The notes under the pieces were generated by a model. The model searched no databases. It saw only the letters and a list, made by a program, of their open reading frames with translations, and was not told where the DNA came from. The translations under genes and the position numbers were made by a program. This document shows positions 8,927 through 19,277 of a stretch of 64,000 nucleotides of DNA, one piece after another. The DNA is taken from the NCBI GenBank assembly GCA_963933835.1, contig CAWVVV010000007.1:20083-84082 (forward strand), in the 5' to 3' direction. Source of the DNA: an uncultured Puniceicoccaceae bacterium. GTDB lineage: Bacteria; Verrucomicrobiota; Verrucomicrobiia; Opitutales; Oceanipulchritudinaceae. The first letter of the stretch is position 1; the number at the start of each line of letters is the position of its first letter.

Positions 8927-11752
8927 ATGCGTTGGCGAAGCATTTCCTGGACAGCTTGCAAAGGTGGCTACCGCTTCTGTCTCGGTACCATCAATCTCGC
9001 TCTATTTTGCATCACTGGAGTGCAGATCCTGATGATCGGATCGATCCTCGTCGTCGGAACGATCGCGATACCTCAGGCCGCCCAGAGCTATCTCGAAAAA
9101 CGCTTTGAGCAAGAAGGGCTTCACGTCAGTTGGGGCCGCGCGCTTTTTGACCTCACGGGCAAAATCATCTTCGAAGATTTCGCTCTTCTAGATCCGACAC
9201 GCGAAAATCCCATTTTCGAAGCAGAGCACGTTCGCGCGGACCTAGATGTTACACCTCTTTTTTGGCGCGGACCACTTCAGCTCGAGAGCTTCTTCCTCAG
9301 AGAAGGCGCTCTCTACCTGCTCCCCGAGCTGTCAGATGGCTCGGACGAGCCCATTCTCAGAATCAGCGAGATCAAAATCGATAAAGACTGGAACTCGATC
9401 AAGATTGAGGAAGCCCACCTTGCGCTCCGCAAGACCCGCATCCTCGCACGCGGTAAGCTGACGCTCGAAGGCTACGATTTTGCCGGCCAAGACTCGGTTA
9501 ACTTATCCAAACTATGGCGGCGCAGCTCTGCCAAGCTCGTCCCGCTGATCGAATACATCGAGCTCGTGGAAGAATCACTGATCGAGCTCACTTTCGAATC
9601 CAGCAGTGCCTCAGCATGGTCTGCTCTTGCCGACGTTCATGTTCCTCATTTCGAAATCACTTCCCCAGCCCGCGTTCAGGTCGAGCAAATCCACGCTCAA
9701 GCCACTGTCTCCTTCGTCGACAACCACGTCCTTCTCATTGATCCCATAGTGTTCACCGAGGAGGTTAGTTTTGAAAGCGATGGCAAACAGCTGACCCTGC
9801 TCAACCCGAGGCTAGATATCTTTGGGGACAATAAAACCCTCAGCACCGGCATCACCTGCCCGAGCTCATTTCAACTCCTAGGGCATTTGGGCGTCCCTGA
9901 GCTGGGCCTCGTCACTCTAAAACTAGAGGGAGAGCTTGATGAGGGCCTCACGCTCCTCGATCCCGCGTTGACGCTTCATCGCGAAGGGATGCGTTTGAGG
10001 CTCAACACTGAGACACCCGCGGCGAATGCTGACAGAGAGATCCACTTTGATTTTGTGGGCGAGCCGGATGCGGTTTTCGACCTACCCATGTTGCTCGGCG
10101 GCGGGATCGGAAAGCGGACCGACTTTAGCCAGCGCACGAAAATCGATGGGACGCTATTTCTAGGTCCCGACAATTCGATCGGGAAAGTAATATTCGGAAT
10201 AAATGCGAAGCATTTCACGGTGAAAGAGGCCTTCTTCGACGAAGCCCGCACCGAAGGTATTTACGAAGACAAACGGCTGCAGGTCGGACCTATTCGCGTT
10301 TTCAACGATGATGGTCAGAATGCCGAAGGCTACTACATCCATAGCTTCGACGATACAGGCTTTCGCATCGTGGCCTCGGGCGAGGTGAAAGCCCACTTCC
10401 TTGATTCATTGCTTCCACCGTTCTACACCAAACTCTGGAATGACATCGATCCCGGCGAACGCCCCGCAGCGGCAGATGTCGATGTTACGGGAAAATGGAA
10501 AGAGCGGACGAGCATACAGGCCTTTGTTGATATCAAGGCAAACGAAGTTGGTTTCCGCGGATTGCCCGTCAGCGACGCAAATGTACTCGTCTGGTATGCT
10601 TATGGATTCGCCGAGCTCATTGGGCTCGAGGCCCTCACCGACGGGTACGGTACGCGTGGAGACATCGCTTTCACTTTCGCGCGGCCGGGGAGCAAAAACG
10701 GCAACCGCGTCTTTGTAGACGTCAGCACAATTCAACCGCTGGACACCATCCCTGTCGTTTTCGGACCTGACATGGAAGTCCTCGCTGAGTTGATGAGATT
10801 CGAGAGCCCACCACTCACTCAAATCAAAGGTTTCGTGAACTATGGGGCAGAGGCTGCCATCAAGCAAAGTATCGACCTCAAAATACTTTCCCGCAGCGCA
10901 GGCACCTTTCGCCGCGTCCCCTTCGACCGGATCCAGCTCAACGTCTACCAAGAAAACACCTTAAACTTCATCCCCCTCTTGGAAGGTGAAATTGACGAAG
11001 GCCGGATTAGCTTGGTCGGGGAGATCAAGCCAGCAACGAAGGGCGAAGGTTGGGCCGCTGACCTATTGATCGATTCGGATAACCTCCCTCTGGAAACTTT
11101 CAAAAAAATCCTCATCGAGCTCGACCCGGCACCCTCACTCACGCTCGGCCCCCCAAAGACTCCGCCGCTGAAGGGGAAAGTGGACCTCCAACTCGAGGTG
11201 AGCTTCGACGGCGTTCCGTGGGAAAGCCTCGAAGGCAGTGGAGAACTGCGCATCGAGGACGCAAATCTCGGACGCATCCACCTCTTCGGCGGCCTTTCTC
11301 GTGTCTTCTCCTCCGTTGGGCTGACGATGACATCACTGAATCTCGATCGCCTCCAGACCAGCCTTGAACTTGCGCCCAAAGAAGTTCGTATGCCCGATCT
11401 GACACTGCGCGGAGATGCCCTGCGGGTCGATTCACCTGGCAAAGTCATCCTTCCCAGCACTTTTCTCGACTTCCGAGCAAAGGCTTACCTCCTGGACCAG
11501 GAGCAGCGCAGCCTGCAGTCGGTCCTCGGATCGATCCTGAGCCCGCTGAGCTTCTTTCTCGAAGTCGACGTAAAAGGCACCTTCGACACCCCTATTTGGC
11601 GCCTGACGAAGAACCCTTTCAACCTCCTTCGCGCTCCACTGAAAAACCCCACGAGCACATCCGACGGGGCCCCGGCAGAAAAGCAACCAAGCCAAAATCT
11701 CCCCCGCCCGGCTCAGAAACCATCCGGCGTTAACCCTGCGCTGGAAGAATAG
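8927..11752 (+). CDS. AsmA-like/YhdP-like large periplasmic protein
   Basis: 941-aa ORF, N-terminal TM, beta-rich, C-terminal ...VDVKGTFDTPIW typical of AsmA-like C-termini. Confidence 0.6.
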   Translation: MRWRSISWTACKGGYRFCLGTINLALFCITGVQILMIGSILVVGTIAIPQAAQSYLEKRFEQEGLHVSWGRALFDLTGKIIFEDFALLDPTRENPIFEAEHVRADLDVTPLFWRGPLQLESFFLREGALYLLPELSDGSDEPILRISEIKIDKDWNSIKIEEAHLALRKTRILARGKLTLEGYDFAGQDSVNLSKLWRRSSAKLVPLIEYIELVEESLIELTFESSSASAWSALADVHVPHFEITSPARVQVEQIHAQATVSFVDNHVLLIDPIVFTEEVSFESDGKQLTLLNPRLDIFGDNKTLSTGITCPSSFQLLGHLGVPELGLVTLKLEGELDEGLTLLDPALTLHREGMRLRLNTETPAANADREIHFDFVGEPDAVFDLPMLLGGGIGKRTDFSQRTKIDGTLFLGPDNSIGKVIFGINAKHFTVKEAFFDEARTEGIYEDKRLQVGPIRVFNDDGQNAEGYYIHSFDDTGFRIVASGEVKAHFLDSLLPPFYTKLWNDIDPGERPAAADVDVTGKWKERTSIQAFVDIKANEVGFRGLPVSDANVLVWYAYGFAELIGLEALTDGYGTRGDIAFTFARPGSKNGNRVFVDVSTIQPLDTIPVVFGPDMEVLAELMRFESPPLTQIKGFVNYGAEAAIKQSIDLKILSRSAGTFRRVPFDRIQLNVYQENTLNFIPLLEGEIDEGRISLVGEIKPATKGEGWAADLLIDSDNLPLETFKKILIELDPAPSLTLGPPKTPPLKGKVDLQLEVSFDGVPWESLEGSGELRIEDANLGRIHLFGGLSRVFSSVGLTMTSLNLDRLQTSLELAPKEVRMPDLTLRGDALRVDSPGKVILPSTFLDFRAKAYLLDQEQRSLQSVLGSILSPLSFFLEVDVKGTFDTPIWRLTKNPFNLLRAPLKNPTSTSDGAPAEKQPSQNLPRPAQKPSGVNPALEE

Positions 11753-11850
11753 CTCGACCTTTGACGTTGCAGAGCGCCATTCCACTCGCGTAATTTACGC
11801 TGTTTTAGTCCCCCTCTCATCACCGAACTCAGCCCTAGGAAACTGTAATT

Positions 11851-12291
11851 TTGGACCTGAAAGAAATTAAACAAATCGTCGATTTAATGAAGCGCTCAGC
11901 TCTCACTGAGTTCGAAATCGAAGAAAAAGACCTTAAACTCCGCATTTGCCGGAGTAACGGCGAAACGCAAACTGTCTATGCGGCACCTGCTCCGGCACCC
12001 GTCGCGGCGGCACCGACCGCAGCAGCATCCGCGGCAGCGCCTGTCGAAGACGATAACAGTAAGAAAGTGAAGTCCCCCATGGTGGGCACTTTCTACGATT
12101 CACCTTCGCCTGACAGCCCTGTCTTTGCTAAGGTTGGCGATAAGGTCACCGCAGACACCGCTGTTTGCATCGTCGAGGCGATGAAGGTGATGAACGAAAT
12201 CAAAGCTGAAGTTACAGGTACAATCACGGAAATCTGTGTTGTAAACGGTGACTCAGTGGAGTTTGGCCAAGCCATCTTTAAGGTCCAGTAG
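11851..12291 (+). CDS. accB: Acetyl-CoA carboxylase biotin carboxyl carrier protein
   Basis: SPMVGTFY and EAMKVMNEI biotinylation motif; Ala/Pro linker. Confidence 0.96.
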   Translation: MDLKEIKQIVDLMKRSALTEFEIEEKDLKLRICRSNGETQTVYAAPAPAPVAAAPTAAASAAAPVEDDNSKKVKSPMVGTFYDSPSPDSPVFAKVGDKVTADTAVCIVEAMKVMNEIKAEVTGTITEICVVNGDSVEFGQAIFKVQ

Positions 12292-12298
12292 CGCTCAC

Positions 12299-13669
12299 AT
12301 GTTCTCCAAAATTCTCATCGCCAATCGTGGCGAGATTGCTCTGCGCATCATCCGTGCATGCCGCGAAATGGGCATCGAAACGGTTGCCGTCTACTCGGAA
12401 GCCGACGAACAGTCTCTCCACGTCCAACTTGCCGACGGCGCGATATGCATCGGCAAAGCACCTGGGTCCGAAAGCTACCTGCGCCCAGAGCGTATTATCG
12501 CGGCGGCCGAAATCAGTGATGTCGATGCGATCCACCCCGGCTACGGATTCCTCGCGGAAGACGCTGACTTCGCCGAGCAGTGCGAAGACTGCAAAATCAA
12601 ATTTATCGGACCTCGCTCAGACGCTATTCGAAAAATGGGCGACAAGGCTGTTGCCCGCCAAACCGTGAAAGTAGGCGGTGTTCCGACCGTTCCAGGGAGT
12701 CTGGGTGTAATCGACACCTCGGAAGAGGCCGTGATCGTCGCTGAGCAGATCGGTTTCCCGGTTATCATCAAGGCCGTGGCAGGCGGTGGAGGACGCGGAA
12801 TGCGCCTCGCCCACAATAAAATATCCTTTCACAAGGAATTTGCGGCAGCTAGCAACGAAGCCGCCAAGGCCTTCGGAGACGGGGCCGTCTACATTGAGAA
12901 ATTCGTTGAAGAGCCGCGCCACATCGAATTTCAAATTCTCGCCGACGAACACGGCAACGTCGTTCACCTCGGCGAGCGTGATTGCTCCATTCAGCGTCGA
13001 CACCAAAAGGTCGTTGAGGAAGCCCCTTCACCATTCATCACTGCAGAGATGCGTGAAGCGATGGGTAAGGCCGCCACCGACGCCGCAAAAGCATGTAATT
13101 ACTCGAACGCCGGCACGATCGAGTTTCTCGTCGATAAGAATCGTAACTTCTACTTCATCGAGATGAACACGCGGATTCAGGTTGAGCACCCCGTGACCGA
13201 AGAAGTCACCGGCATCGACCTGATCAAAGCCCAAATCCGGATTGCAGCTGGCGAAAAGCTCTGGATGAAGCAAAAAGATATCAAGGTCGAAGGGCACTCC
13301 ATCGAAGTGCGTGTGTGTGCCGAAGATCCATCGAATAACTTCATCCCCTCCCCCGGCACGATCACACTCTACTATGCGCCAGGAGGCCGTGGCGTGCGGA
13401 TCGATAGCCACGCCTATAGCGGCTACACCGTTCCTCCTTTCTACGACAGTATGATCGCGAAAGTGATCACGAAAGGAAAGGACCGCGAGGAAGCGCTCGA
13501 TCAAATGAGCCGCGCCCTCCACGACTATCTCATCCGTGGGATCAAAACGAATATTGGATTCACTCAAGCGATCATCCAAGATCCCGTCTTCCGCAGCGGC
13601 GCAGCGACAACGAAATTCGTCGAAGATTTTCTCGCTCGCACGCCTAAAGAACGCTTTATTAAAGAGTAA
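12299..13669 (+). CDS. accC: Acetyl-CoA carboxylase biotin carboxylase
   Basis: [45 protein letters not shown] at 12299. Confidence 0.96.
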   Translation: MFSKILIANRGEIALRIIRACREMGIETVAVYSEADEQSLHVQLADGAICIGKAPGSESYLRPERIIAAAEISDVDAIHPGYGFLAEDADFAEQCEDCKIKFIGPRSDAIRKMGDKAVARQTVKVGGVPTVPGSLGVIDTSEEAVIVAEQIGFPVIIKAVAGGGGRGMRLAHNKISFHKEFAAASNEAAKAFGDGAVYIEKFVEEPRHIEFQILADEHGNVVHLGERDCSIQRRHQKVVEEAPSPFITAEMREAMGKAATDAAKACNYSNAGTIEFLVDKNRNFYFIEMNTRIQVEHPVTEEVTGIDLIKAQIRIAAGEKLWMKQKDIKVEGHSIEVRVCAEDPSNNFIPSPGTITLYYAPGGRGVRIDSHAYSGYTVPPFYDSMIAKVITKGKDREEALDQMSRALHDYLIRGIKTNIGFTQAIIQDPVFRSGAATTKFVEDFLARTPKERFIKE

Positions 13670-13707
13670 GAAACCAAGCGATTACACCCTTTAAACCAAC
13701 TTCCCCC

Positions 13708-14118
13708 ATGACCGACGAAAACGAATACGAAGAACCAACCGAAGTCACCGCGATCGAGATCGAAGATGACGGCGACGGTAACATCACCATCAACAACAAC
13801 GTCGTCGCCAACATCATATCGATGGCCGCGAAAGAAGTCCCTGGCGTCTTCGGTTTAGCAAGTGGTAGTTTTCAAGGTCTCTTTAACAAGGGTGGCGTCA
13901 TCTCAGTCGATGAGGACGCTGGGGGGAATTACCGTATCCGGGTTAAGGTCATCCTCATCTTTGGGGTGCGCATCGGTAAAGTTGCCGAAGAAGTGAAGCG
14001 CTCAATCAAAGAGCAGGTCGAGATCATGACTGACAAAGAAGTCTCGCGCGTAGACATCGTTGTCGATGAAGTCCGCCACCCGGAAAGACCGGAGAGCGAA
14101 CTTGAGCTCGAAGACTAA
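13708..14118 (+). CDS. Asp23/Gls24 family protein
   Basis: G.I.I...VVA.I...AA.EVPGV pattern; common neighbour of accBC. Confidence 0.85.
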   Translation: MTDENEYEEPTEVTAIEIEDDGDGNITINNNVVANIISMAAKEVPGVFGLASGSFQGLFNKGGVISVDEDAGGNYRIRVKVILIFGVRIGKVAEEVKRSIKEQVEIMTDKEVSRVDIVVDEVRHPERPESELELED

Positions 14119-15334
14119 GGTCAGCTCTACGACGGACTCATCCTCGACTGATCCCGTCCTCAGTCGCCTGACTGATCTTGCTCATGGGAGGACCTTTTCC
14201 TTTGGGGAACACTCGACCGAAAGCGGTGAGCGCGTACCAGTTGCTACCGGTGAATTCTGGACGTCTAAACAGCGCACCGGAAATCCTCTCCATGAGCTCT
14301 CCTATCGGGCTTGCTTTAAGCCGCAGCTGCCTGCGCTCTTCATCGAGGCCCTGACACGCCCAGGAGGCCACGTCCTCGATCCTTTCGGAGGTCGGGGCAC
14401 AACTGCCCTCGAAGCCCACCTTCGCGGCCGCAGGGCGACGAGCAGCGACCTGAATCCACTCAGCGCTATTCTTCTAAAACCAAGGATCAACCCACCCTCG
14501 CTGGTGGAGATCGAAACCGCACTCAGCGCTTTGCCTGAGCACTTCGCGGGAGATCTGCCCGAAGAGCTCCTGACTTTCTACCACCCAAAAACGCTCGAAA
14601 CCCTGTGTGCCTGGCGCGCGTATTGGATCGAGCGTGGCGACAAACTGACGCCCGCTGAAAACTGGATTCGAATGGTCGCAACCAATCGACTGACAGGACA
14701 CAGCCCCGGTTTCTTTTCCGTCTACACGATGCCGCCTAATCAAGCCGTGAGTGTGGCGAGCCAAACCAAGATCAATCAGCGCCGGAACCAAACGCCACCC
14801 TTCCGCGAGGTGAAAGCCCTTGTTCTACGCAAGTCACGCCAGCTTCTAAAGTCGTATCAGAAACCCACTACACAGCAACTTTCTCAAGCGCTCGTTGCGA
14901 GCGCCGATCACATCAGCTCACTCGAAGACAACTCGGTCGATCTCGTCGTAACCTCCCCTCCCTTTCTCAATGTCGTCGATTACGACGGAGACAATTGGCT
15001 GCGCAATTGGTTCAATGGCTTGCCCTCTCAGTCAGGCCTCTGGGTCACGCCTTCCGTTAGTGAATGGCAGGCACTCATGACAAAAGCCCTCCGCGAAATG
15101 CACCGCGTATTGCGCTCAAATGGATACGTTGCCTTCGAAGTCGGCGAAGTGCGCAAAGCCACCATCCCGCTTGAAGAGCAAGTCATCAACGCTGGAAAAG
15201 CAGCCGGCCTCCGGCCGATCGGTATCCTCGTCCACGCCCAGAACTTCACCAAAACCGCCCATTGCTGGGGCATTGATAACAATGCCAAGGGCACGAACAC
15301 CCAGCGCATCAGTCTTTTTCAGAAAAGGCCATAA
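14102..15334 (+). CDS. Orphan N4/N6 DNA methyltransferase
   Basis: VLDPFGGRGTT SAM-binding motif and VVTSPPF catalytic motif; TTG at 14102 has GGAGAG just upstream; no cognate endonuclease seen. Confidence 0.85.
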   Translation: MSSKTKVSSTTDSSSTDPVLSRLTDLAHGRTFSFGEHSTESGERVPVATGEFWTSKQRTGNPLHELSYRACFKPQLPALFIEALTRPGGHVLDPFGGRGTTALEAHLRGRRATSSDLNPLSAILLKPRINPPSLVEIETALSALPEHFAGDLPEELLTFYHPKTLETLCAWRAYWIERGDKLTPAENWIRMVATNRLTGHSPGFFSVYTMPPNQAVSVASQTKINQRRNQTPPFREVKALVLRKSRQLLKSYQKPTTQQLSQALVASADHISSLEDNSVDLVVTSPPFLNVVDYDGDNWLRNWFNGLPSQSGLWVTPSVSEWQALMTKALREMHRVLRSNGYVAFEVGEVRKATIPLEEQVINAGKAAGLRPIGILVHAQNFTKTAHCWGIDNNAKGTNTQRISLFQKRP

Positions 15335-15460
15335 AGTGCCTAGAATCTGTGTATCCACTTTCTGATACAAATACGACAATCCTAATTTTTCAGCACCTGA
15401 TTCGTTAGTTCATATAGCATTCAATGCGGCTTGATCAGTTCATCGATTCTTGCTCGCTAC

Positions 15461-16315
15461 TTAGAAACGCTTTGTGAATCCAGCGAAAGCGCCTAGGTCA
15501 TCAGCAGTGTCGTTCAACCCGACCTGCACACCACAATCCAACACCAAATCGTTGTTTACAGCAAAGGTGAACCCACCCGCTCCATAGACCTGATAAGGCG
15601 TATCTCCCGTGACTCCAATGTATTCGATGAACATTCCCAGTCGATCCGAAAGATCGAATCCGAGAACTGCCGAGTGGAGAAATTCGAATTCGTGGGCTTG
15701 ATTGCTGTCGTCATATACAATGTCAAACTCAGCCATAAGTCCCAAGCCGATTCGATCGGTAAGTTGGGTGGAGAAAGGTATGATCAACCCTCCTTCCCAT
15801 TCATCATTACTCAGTGCCGTTCCGGTCGGAACTTTGACGAAAGGGAATAACGCGAGAGCTGTATCTCCGCCGTCATTCCCCCACAAATTGTATTTCAGAC
15901 GCAATTGCACGTCGCCAAATCCTTCCGTTCTGTTGCCTGTTTCAGGGTCCACCCAAGTGTAGGCATCAAAGATGAACTGTAATTCGGTGTTGTTCGTTAA
16001 ACCAACCTTAGAATTAGTCGACATCAGCGTATAGGCAGTGTCTCCCTCATCTCGCCTCCAATCAAAAAGGCTGACCTCGAGAACGAAATGTCCAGCGTCC
16101 ACTGTGAGCGGACTCTCCGTGGCATCTGGCCGATCCGGTGAAAGTTCCCGCATTGATTCTTCGGGTGTTGGGTTAAAGAGGTTGTAATGGCTCTTATTCG
16201 TGGTCTGCCCATCGGCAGAAATCGACATATCACCTGACTCACTGGCAAAGGCCGTTAGTGCGGTAACTAAGTATGCAATGGTCGTAGCTATTGGAAGGTG
16301 CGGTATACGAGGCAT
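15461..16315 (-). CDS. Outer-membrane beta-barrel transporter (MetA-pathway/SphA-like)
   Basis: Signal peptide, DRPDATESP..V motif, GFGDVQLRLKYNL, terminal Phe; start 16315 or 16333. Confidence 0.8.
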   Translation of the reverse strand: MPRIPHLPIATTIAYLVTALTAFASESGDMSISADGQTTNKSHYNLFNPTPEESMRELSPDRPDATESPLTVDAGHFVLEVSLFDWRRDEGDTAYTLMSTNSKVGLTNNTELQFIFDAYTWVDPETGNRTEGFGDVQLRLKYNLWGNDGGDTALALFPFVKVPTGTALSNDEWEGGLIIPFSTQLTDRIGLGLMAEFDIVYDDSNQAHEFEFLHSAVLGFDLSDRLGMFIEYIGVTGDTPYQVYGAGGFTFAVNNDLVLDCGVQVGLNDTADDLGAFAGFTKRF

Positions 16316-16340
16316 GATGTGAAAAATAGGCAATGGATTG

Positions 16341-16382
16341 AATGTAGCACAGGCTACAATTTAATGTAGCCTGTGCTACATT
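16341..16382. promoter_or_regulatory. Perfect 18-bp inverted repeat made of two TGTAGC-N4-GCTACA palindromes; putative repressor operator
   Basis: aatgtagcacaggctaca-atttaa-tgtagcctgtgctacatt directly upstream of the beta-barrel gene. Confidence 0.7.
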
Positions 16383-16440
16383 GAGAGCTTATCAACTGCT
16401 AAATTCAGCTACGTATGCACCGTCGAGAAAGATGCATCGC

Positions 16441-16466
16441 CACGGCACCACTTCGTGCCGCCCTAC
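16441..16466 (-). repeat. GTAG-type REP-like hairpin
   Basis: Minus strand GTAGGG-CGGCAC-GAAGTG-GTGCCG. Confidence 0.45.
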
Positions 16467-16528
16467 AGAAGTGCGAGGGACGACGGGGAGCCCCCACTGC
16501 CCTATCCTCAAACCCACTCGCGTAATGT

Positions 16529-16828
16529 AGCGCCGACCACATCAGTGCCCTCGAAGACAATTCGGTCGGTCTCGTCGTAACCTCCCCGCCCTTTCTCGAC
16601 GTCGTCGATTACGACGGAGACAATTGGCTGCGCAATTGGTTCAATGGCTTGCCCTCTCAGTCAGGCCTCTGGGTCACGCCTTCCGTTAGTGAATGGCAGG
16701 CACTCATGACAAAAGCCCTCCGCGAAATGCACCGCGTATTGCGCTCAAGTGGATACGTTGCCTTCGAAGTCGGCGAAGTGCTCAAGGGCACAAACACCCA
16801 ACGCATCAGCCTCTTCCAGAAGGCATGA
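16529..16828 (+). pseudogene. Diverged duplicate of the methyltransferase 3' end with a 132-bp in-frame deletion
   Basis: Aligns to 14900-15154 and 15287-~15325; reads ...VVTSPPFLDVVDYDGDNWLRNW...EVGEVLKGTNTQRISLFQKA*; no start codon. Confidence 0.9.
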
Positions 16829-16956
16829 CCTGAGTGCTCCAGCGAATTCATTTGTTTTTGAATTCCAGACAGCGCCTCAACTTTGATCAGACTATCTTCT
16901 GTTTTTAAACTGACGACAGCTTGACCACGTTGATGAAATTGGATGTCATTTGAGGC

Positions 16957-17937
16957 ATGCCAACTGACCTTATTCGTCCCTTGATGTGAGCGCTACTCTT
17001 CCTTTCCCTAATCGGAGACGCAACATTGAAACATGGGCAAGAAATCCTCGTCACGAGTATCGAAAATCCAACTACAGGTGAATTCGATTTAAGCTTAACC
17101 ACACCCGTTGATCAATTCATTCGTGTCGAGGTATCCTCCAGTCTGGGACAATGGGATGGCTTGTTTACTTTTCGAAGCAGTGGCACTGACACGCTCACTG
17201 ATACCACTTCTGGACTAAGCACTCTTCCACGCTATTATAGAGCAATGGCCCTGAGTGAAACCGAGATCGTTACGGGGGATCTTTTGGCCACGAGCGAAGG
17301 CGAAGCGATTATTCACCCGATCGAGCACGCCTCTTTCTTAATTAGCTGGAACGGACTGATAATCTACAACGATCCTTCCGACAGTGCCGATCTCTACGAG
17401 GGTCTCCCCCAGCCGGACCTCATTCTCGTCAGCCATCGGCATGGTGATCATTTCAGCGCAAGTACGCTCGAATCAGTCAGAAAGGCAGGAACCGTCATCG
17501 TAGCTCCAGCCTCTGTCTTTGATCGAATGACATCGGCCCTTCAGGCGGTGACGACCTCCTTAGCAAACGGTGAAACAACGACCGTGTCGGGGATGCGGAT
17601 AGAAGCCGTTCCAGCTTACAACGCTCGGCACACGCGAGGCGAAGGGAACAGCTATGTCCTAACTCTAGGCGGGAAACGGTTCTATATGTCTGGTGACACT
17701 GAAGACATTCCGGAGATGCGTGCCTTGAGCAATATTGATGTCGCTTTCATCTGCATGAACCTTCCATTCACGATGAATGTCACTCAAGCCGCCAGTGCTG
17801 TAAGAGAATTTCAACCCGATGTCGTCTACCCCTACCACTACCGGAATCAAGATGGGACCTTTTCAGATCTCGAAGACTTCAAATCGCAAGTTGGCTCCGA
17901 CCTAGAGATTGAAGTCCGCTTTCGTGATTGGTACTGA
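16957..17937 (+). pseudogene. Secreted MBL-fold metallo-hydrolase with in-frame TGA at codon 11
   Basis: GAGG then ATG at 16957: MPTDLIRPLM*ALLFLSLIG..., in frame with ORF 17026-17937 containing SHRHGDH and SGDT. Confidence 0.7.
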
Positions 17938-17999
17938 AAATCAAATCAGTTCAGCAGAACTGCGCTTCAGCCTCTACAAGAAGGATTAGCGCAAACAGC

Positions 18000-19067
18000 C
18001 TAGATCCACTCGCGCTGTTGCGCGGCGAGGGCTCGATTGAGTTTTTTGGCGAGGAAAGGGCCTCGATAAATCAAACCAGTGTAAACTTGGATGAGGTGTG
18101 CCCCGACGTCCATCATCCGCCCAGCGGAGGCCGGATCGTCGATTCCACCGACGCCGATGATGGGGAGCTTCCCTTCGGTTGCTCTGGAAATGTATTTCAC
18201 TACGTCGACCGAGCGGTGATGTAGCGGTCGACCGCTCAGACCACCTGCCTCATTTGACTTCGAGATCGGTCCTGGACGAACAATCGTCGTGTTGGTCGCG
18301 ATAATACCATCGAGCCCGACATCTGAGATTGTCTGCAGGACGTCGTCAATTTCCTGGAAGCTAAGATCTGGAGCGATCTTGAGTAGAATTGGTTTAGGGC
18401 GGCTTCCGAACTTCTTCGAACGGGCGGCGTTCGCTTTGGTTATCTCACCGAGGAGCTCGGGCAAATAGGCGGAGCCTTGGAGTTTGCGTAGCTCTGGTGT
18501 GTTTGGACTACTTACATTGATTGTGAAGTAGTCCGCGTAGTCGGCCAGAAGTTGAAAGGAACCGATGTAATCGCTGGCGGCATCAGAAAGCGGTGTCACC
18601 TTCGACTTGCCGAGGTTGATTCCGAGCGGCAGGGGGCGATCTTGGTGAGCACCATCTTGCTTAAGGCGCGCGGCGACTTCCTCTGCCCCATCGTTGTTAA
18701 AGCCCATCCGGTTGATGATCGCCTCTTCACTGCGCAGGCGAAAAAGACGGGGCTTCTCATTGCCGGGCTGCTTGTGAAAGGTGACTGTCCCGATTTCAGC
18801 AAAGCCAAAGCCCAAAGCCGGCATTGAACGCCAAACGCGGGCGTCTTTGTCCATGCCAGCAGCGAGGCCAACTGGGTTGGGAAACTTTACTCCGAAGAGC
18901 TCGATCGGTTCAACCCCATCAATGTGACCATTGCAACGCTCCATCAGCCGACACACTGGGCGCACTCGGCTTAATATCCCAAGCGCTCGCACTCCTATTT
19001 CATGGGCCTTTTCAGCATCCTTCCGAAAGAGGATAGGACGCAGAACTTTTTCATAGTAAAAACCCAT
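18000..19067 (-). CDS. pyrD: Quinone-dependent dihydroorotate dehydrogenase
   Basis: NPVGLAAGMDK, NRMGFNN, INVSSPNTP, KIAPDL, GGLSG. Confidence 0.95.
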   Translation of the reverse strand: MGFYYEKVLRPILFRKDAEKAHEIGVRALGILSRVRPVCRLMERCNGHIDGVEPIELFGVKFPNPVGLAAGMDKDARVWRSMPALGFGFAEIGTVTFHKQPGNEKPRLFRLRSEEAIINRMGFNNDGAEEVAARLKQDGAHQDRPLPLGINLGKSKVTPLSDAASDYIGSFQLLADYADYFTINVSSPNTPELRKLQGSAYLPELLGEITKANAARSKKFGSRPKPILLKIAPDLSFQEIDDVLQTISDVGLDGIIATNTTIVRPGPISKSNEAGGLSGRPLHHRSVDVVKYISRATEGKLPIIGVGGIDDPASAGRMMDVGAHLIQVYTGLIYRGPFLAKKLNRALAAQQREWI

Positions 19068-19277
19068 TCGCCGGTATGCTGGAGGCGTTCTTCTGTTTTT
19101 CAAGCGCCATCGACGGGCTCACCACAGCCTTCAAAATGCCTGAAAACGGCTGCCGAGAAGCCAAAGGGCACGTCTTAACACAGAGCTCATGCATCAGTGC
19201 CGTTCTTTTTTACTTGTCAGAGTGAGGACGCTGGCGACTTTTGGTCACAACTCATACCCCCCTAACAAAATAGCACA

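Noticed and set aside
14900..16828. Diversity-generating retroelement (TR/VR pair)
   Set aside because: Mismatches include C/T and T/G and are not adenine-specific on either strand; no reverse transcriptase in the window. The same applies to 41202/42665.
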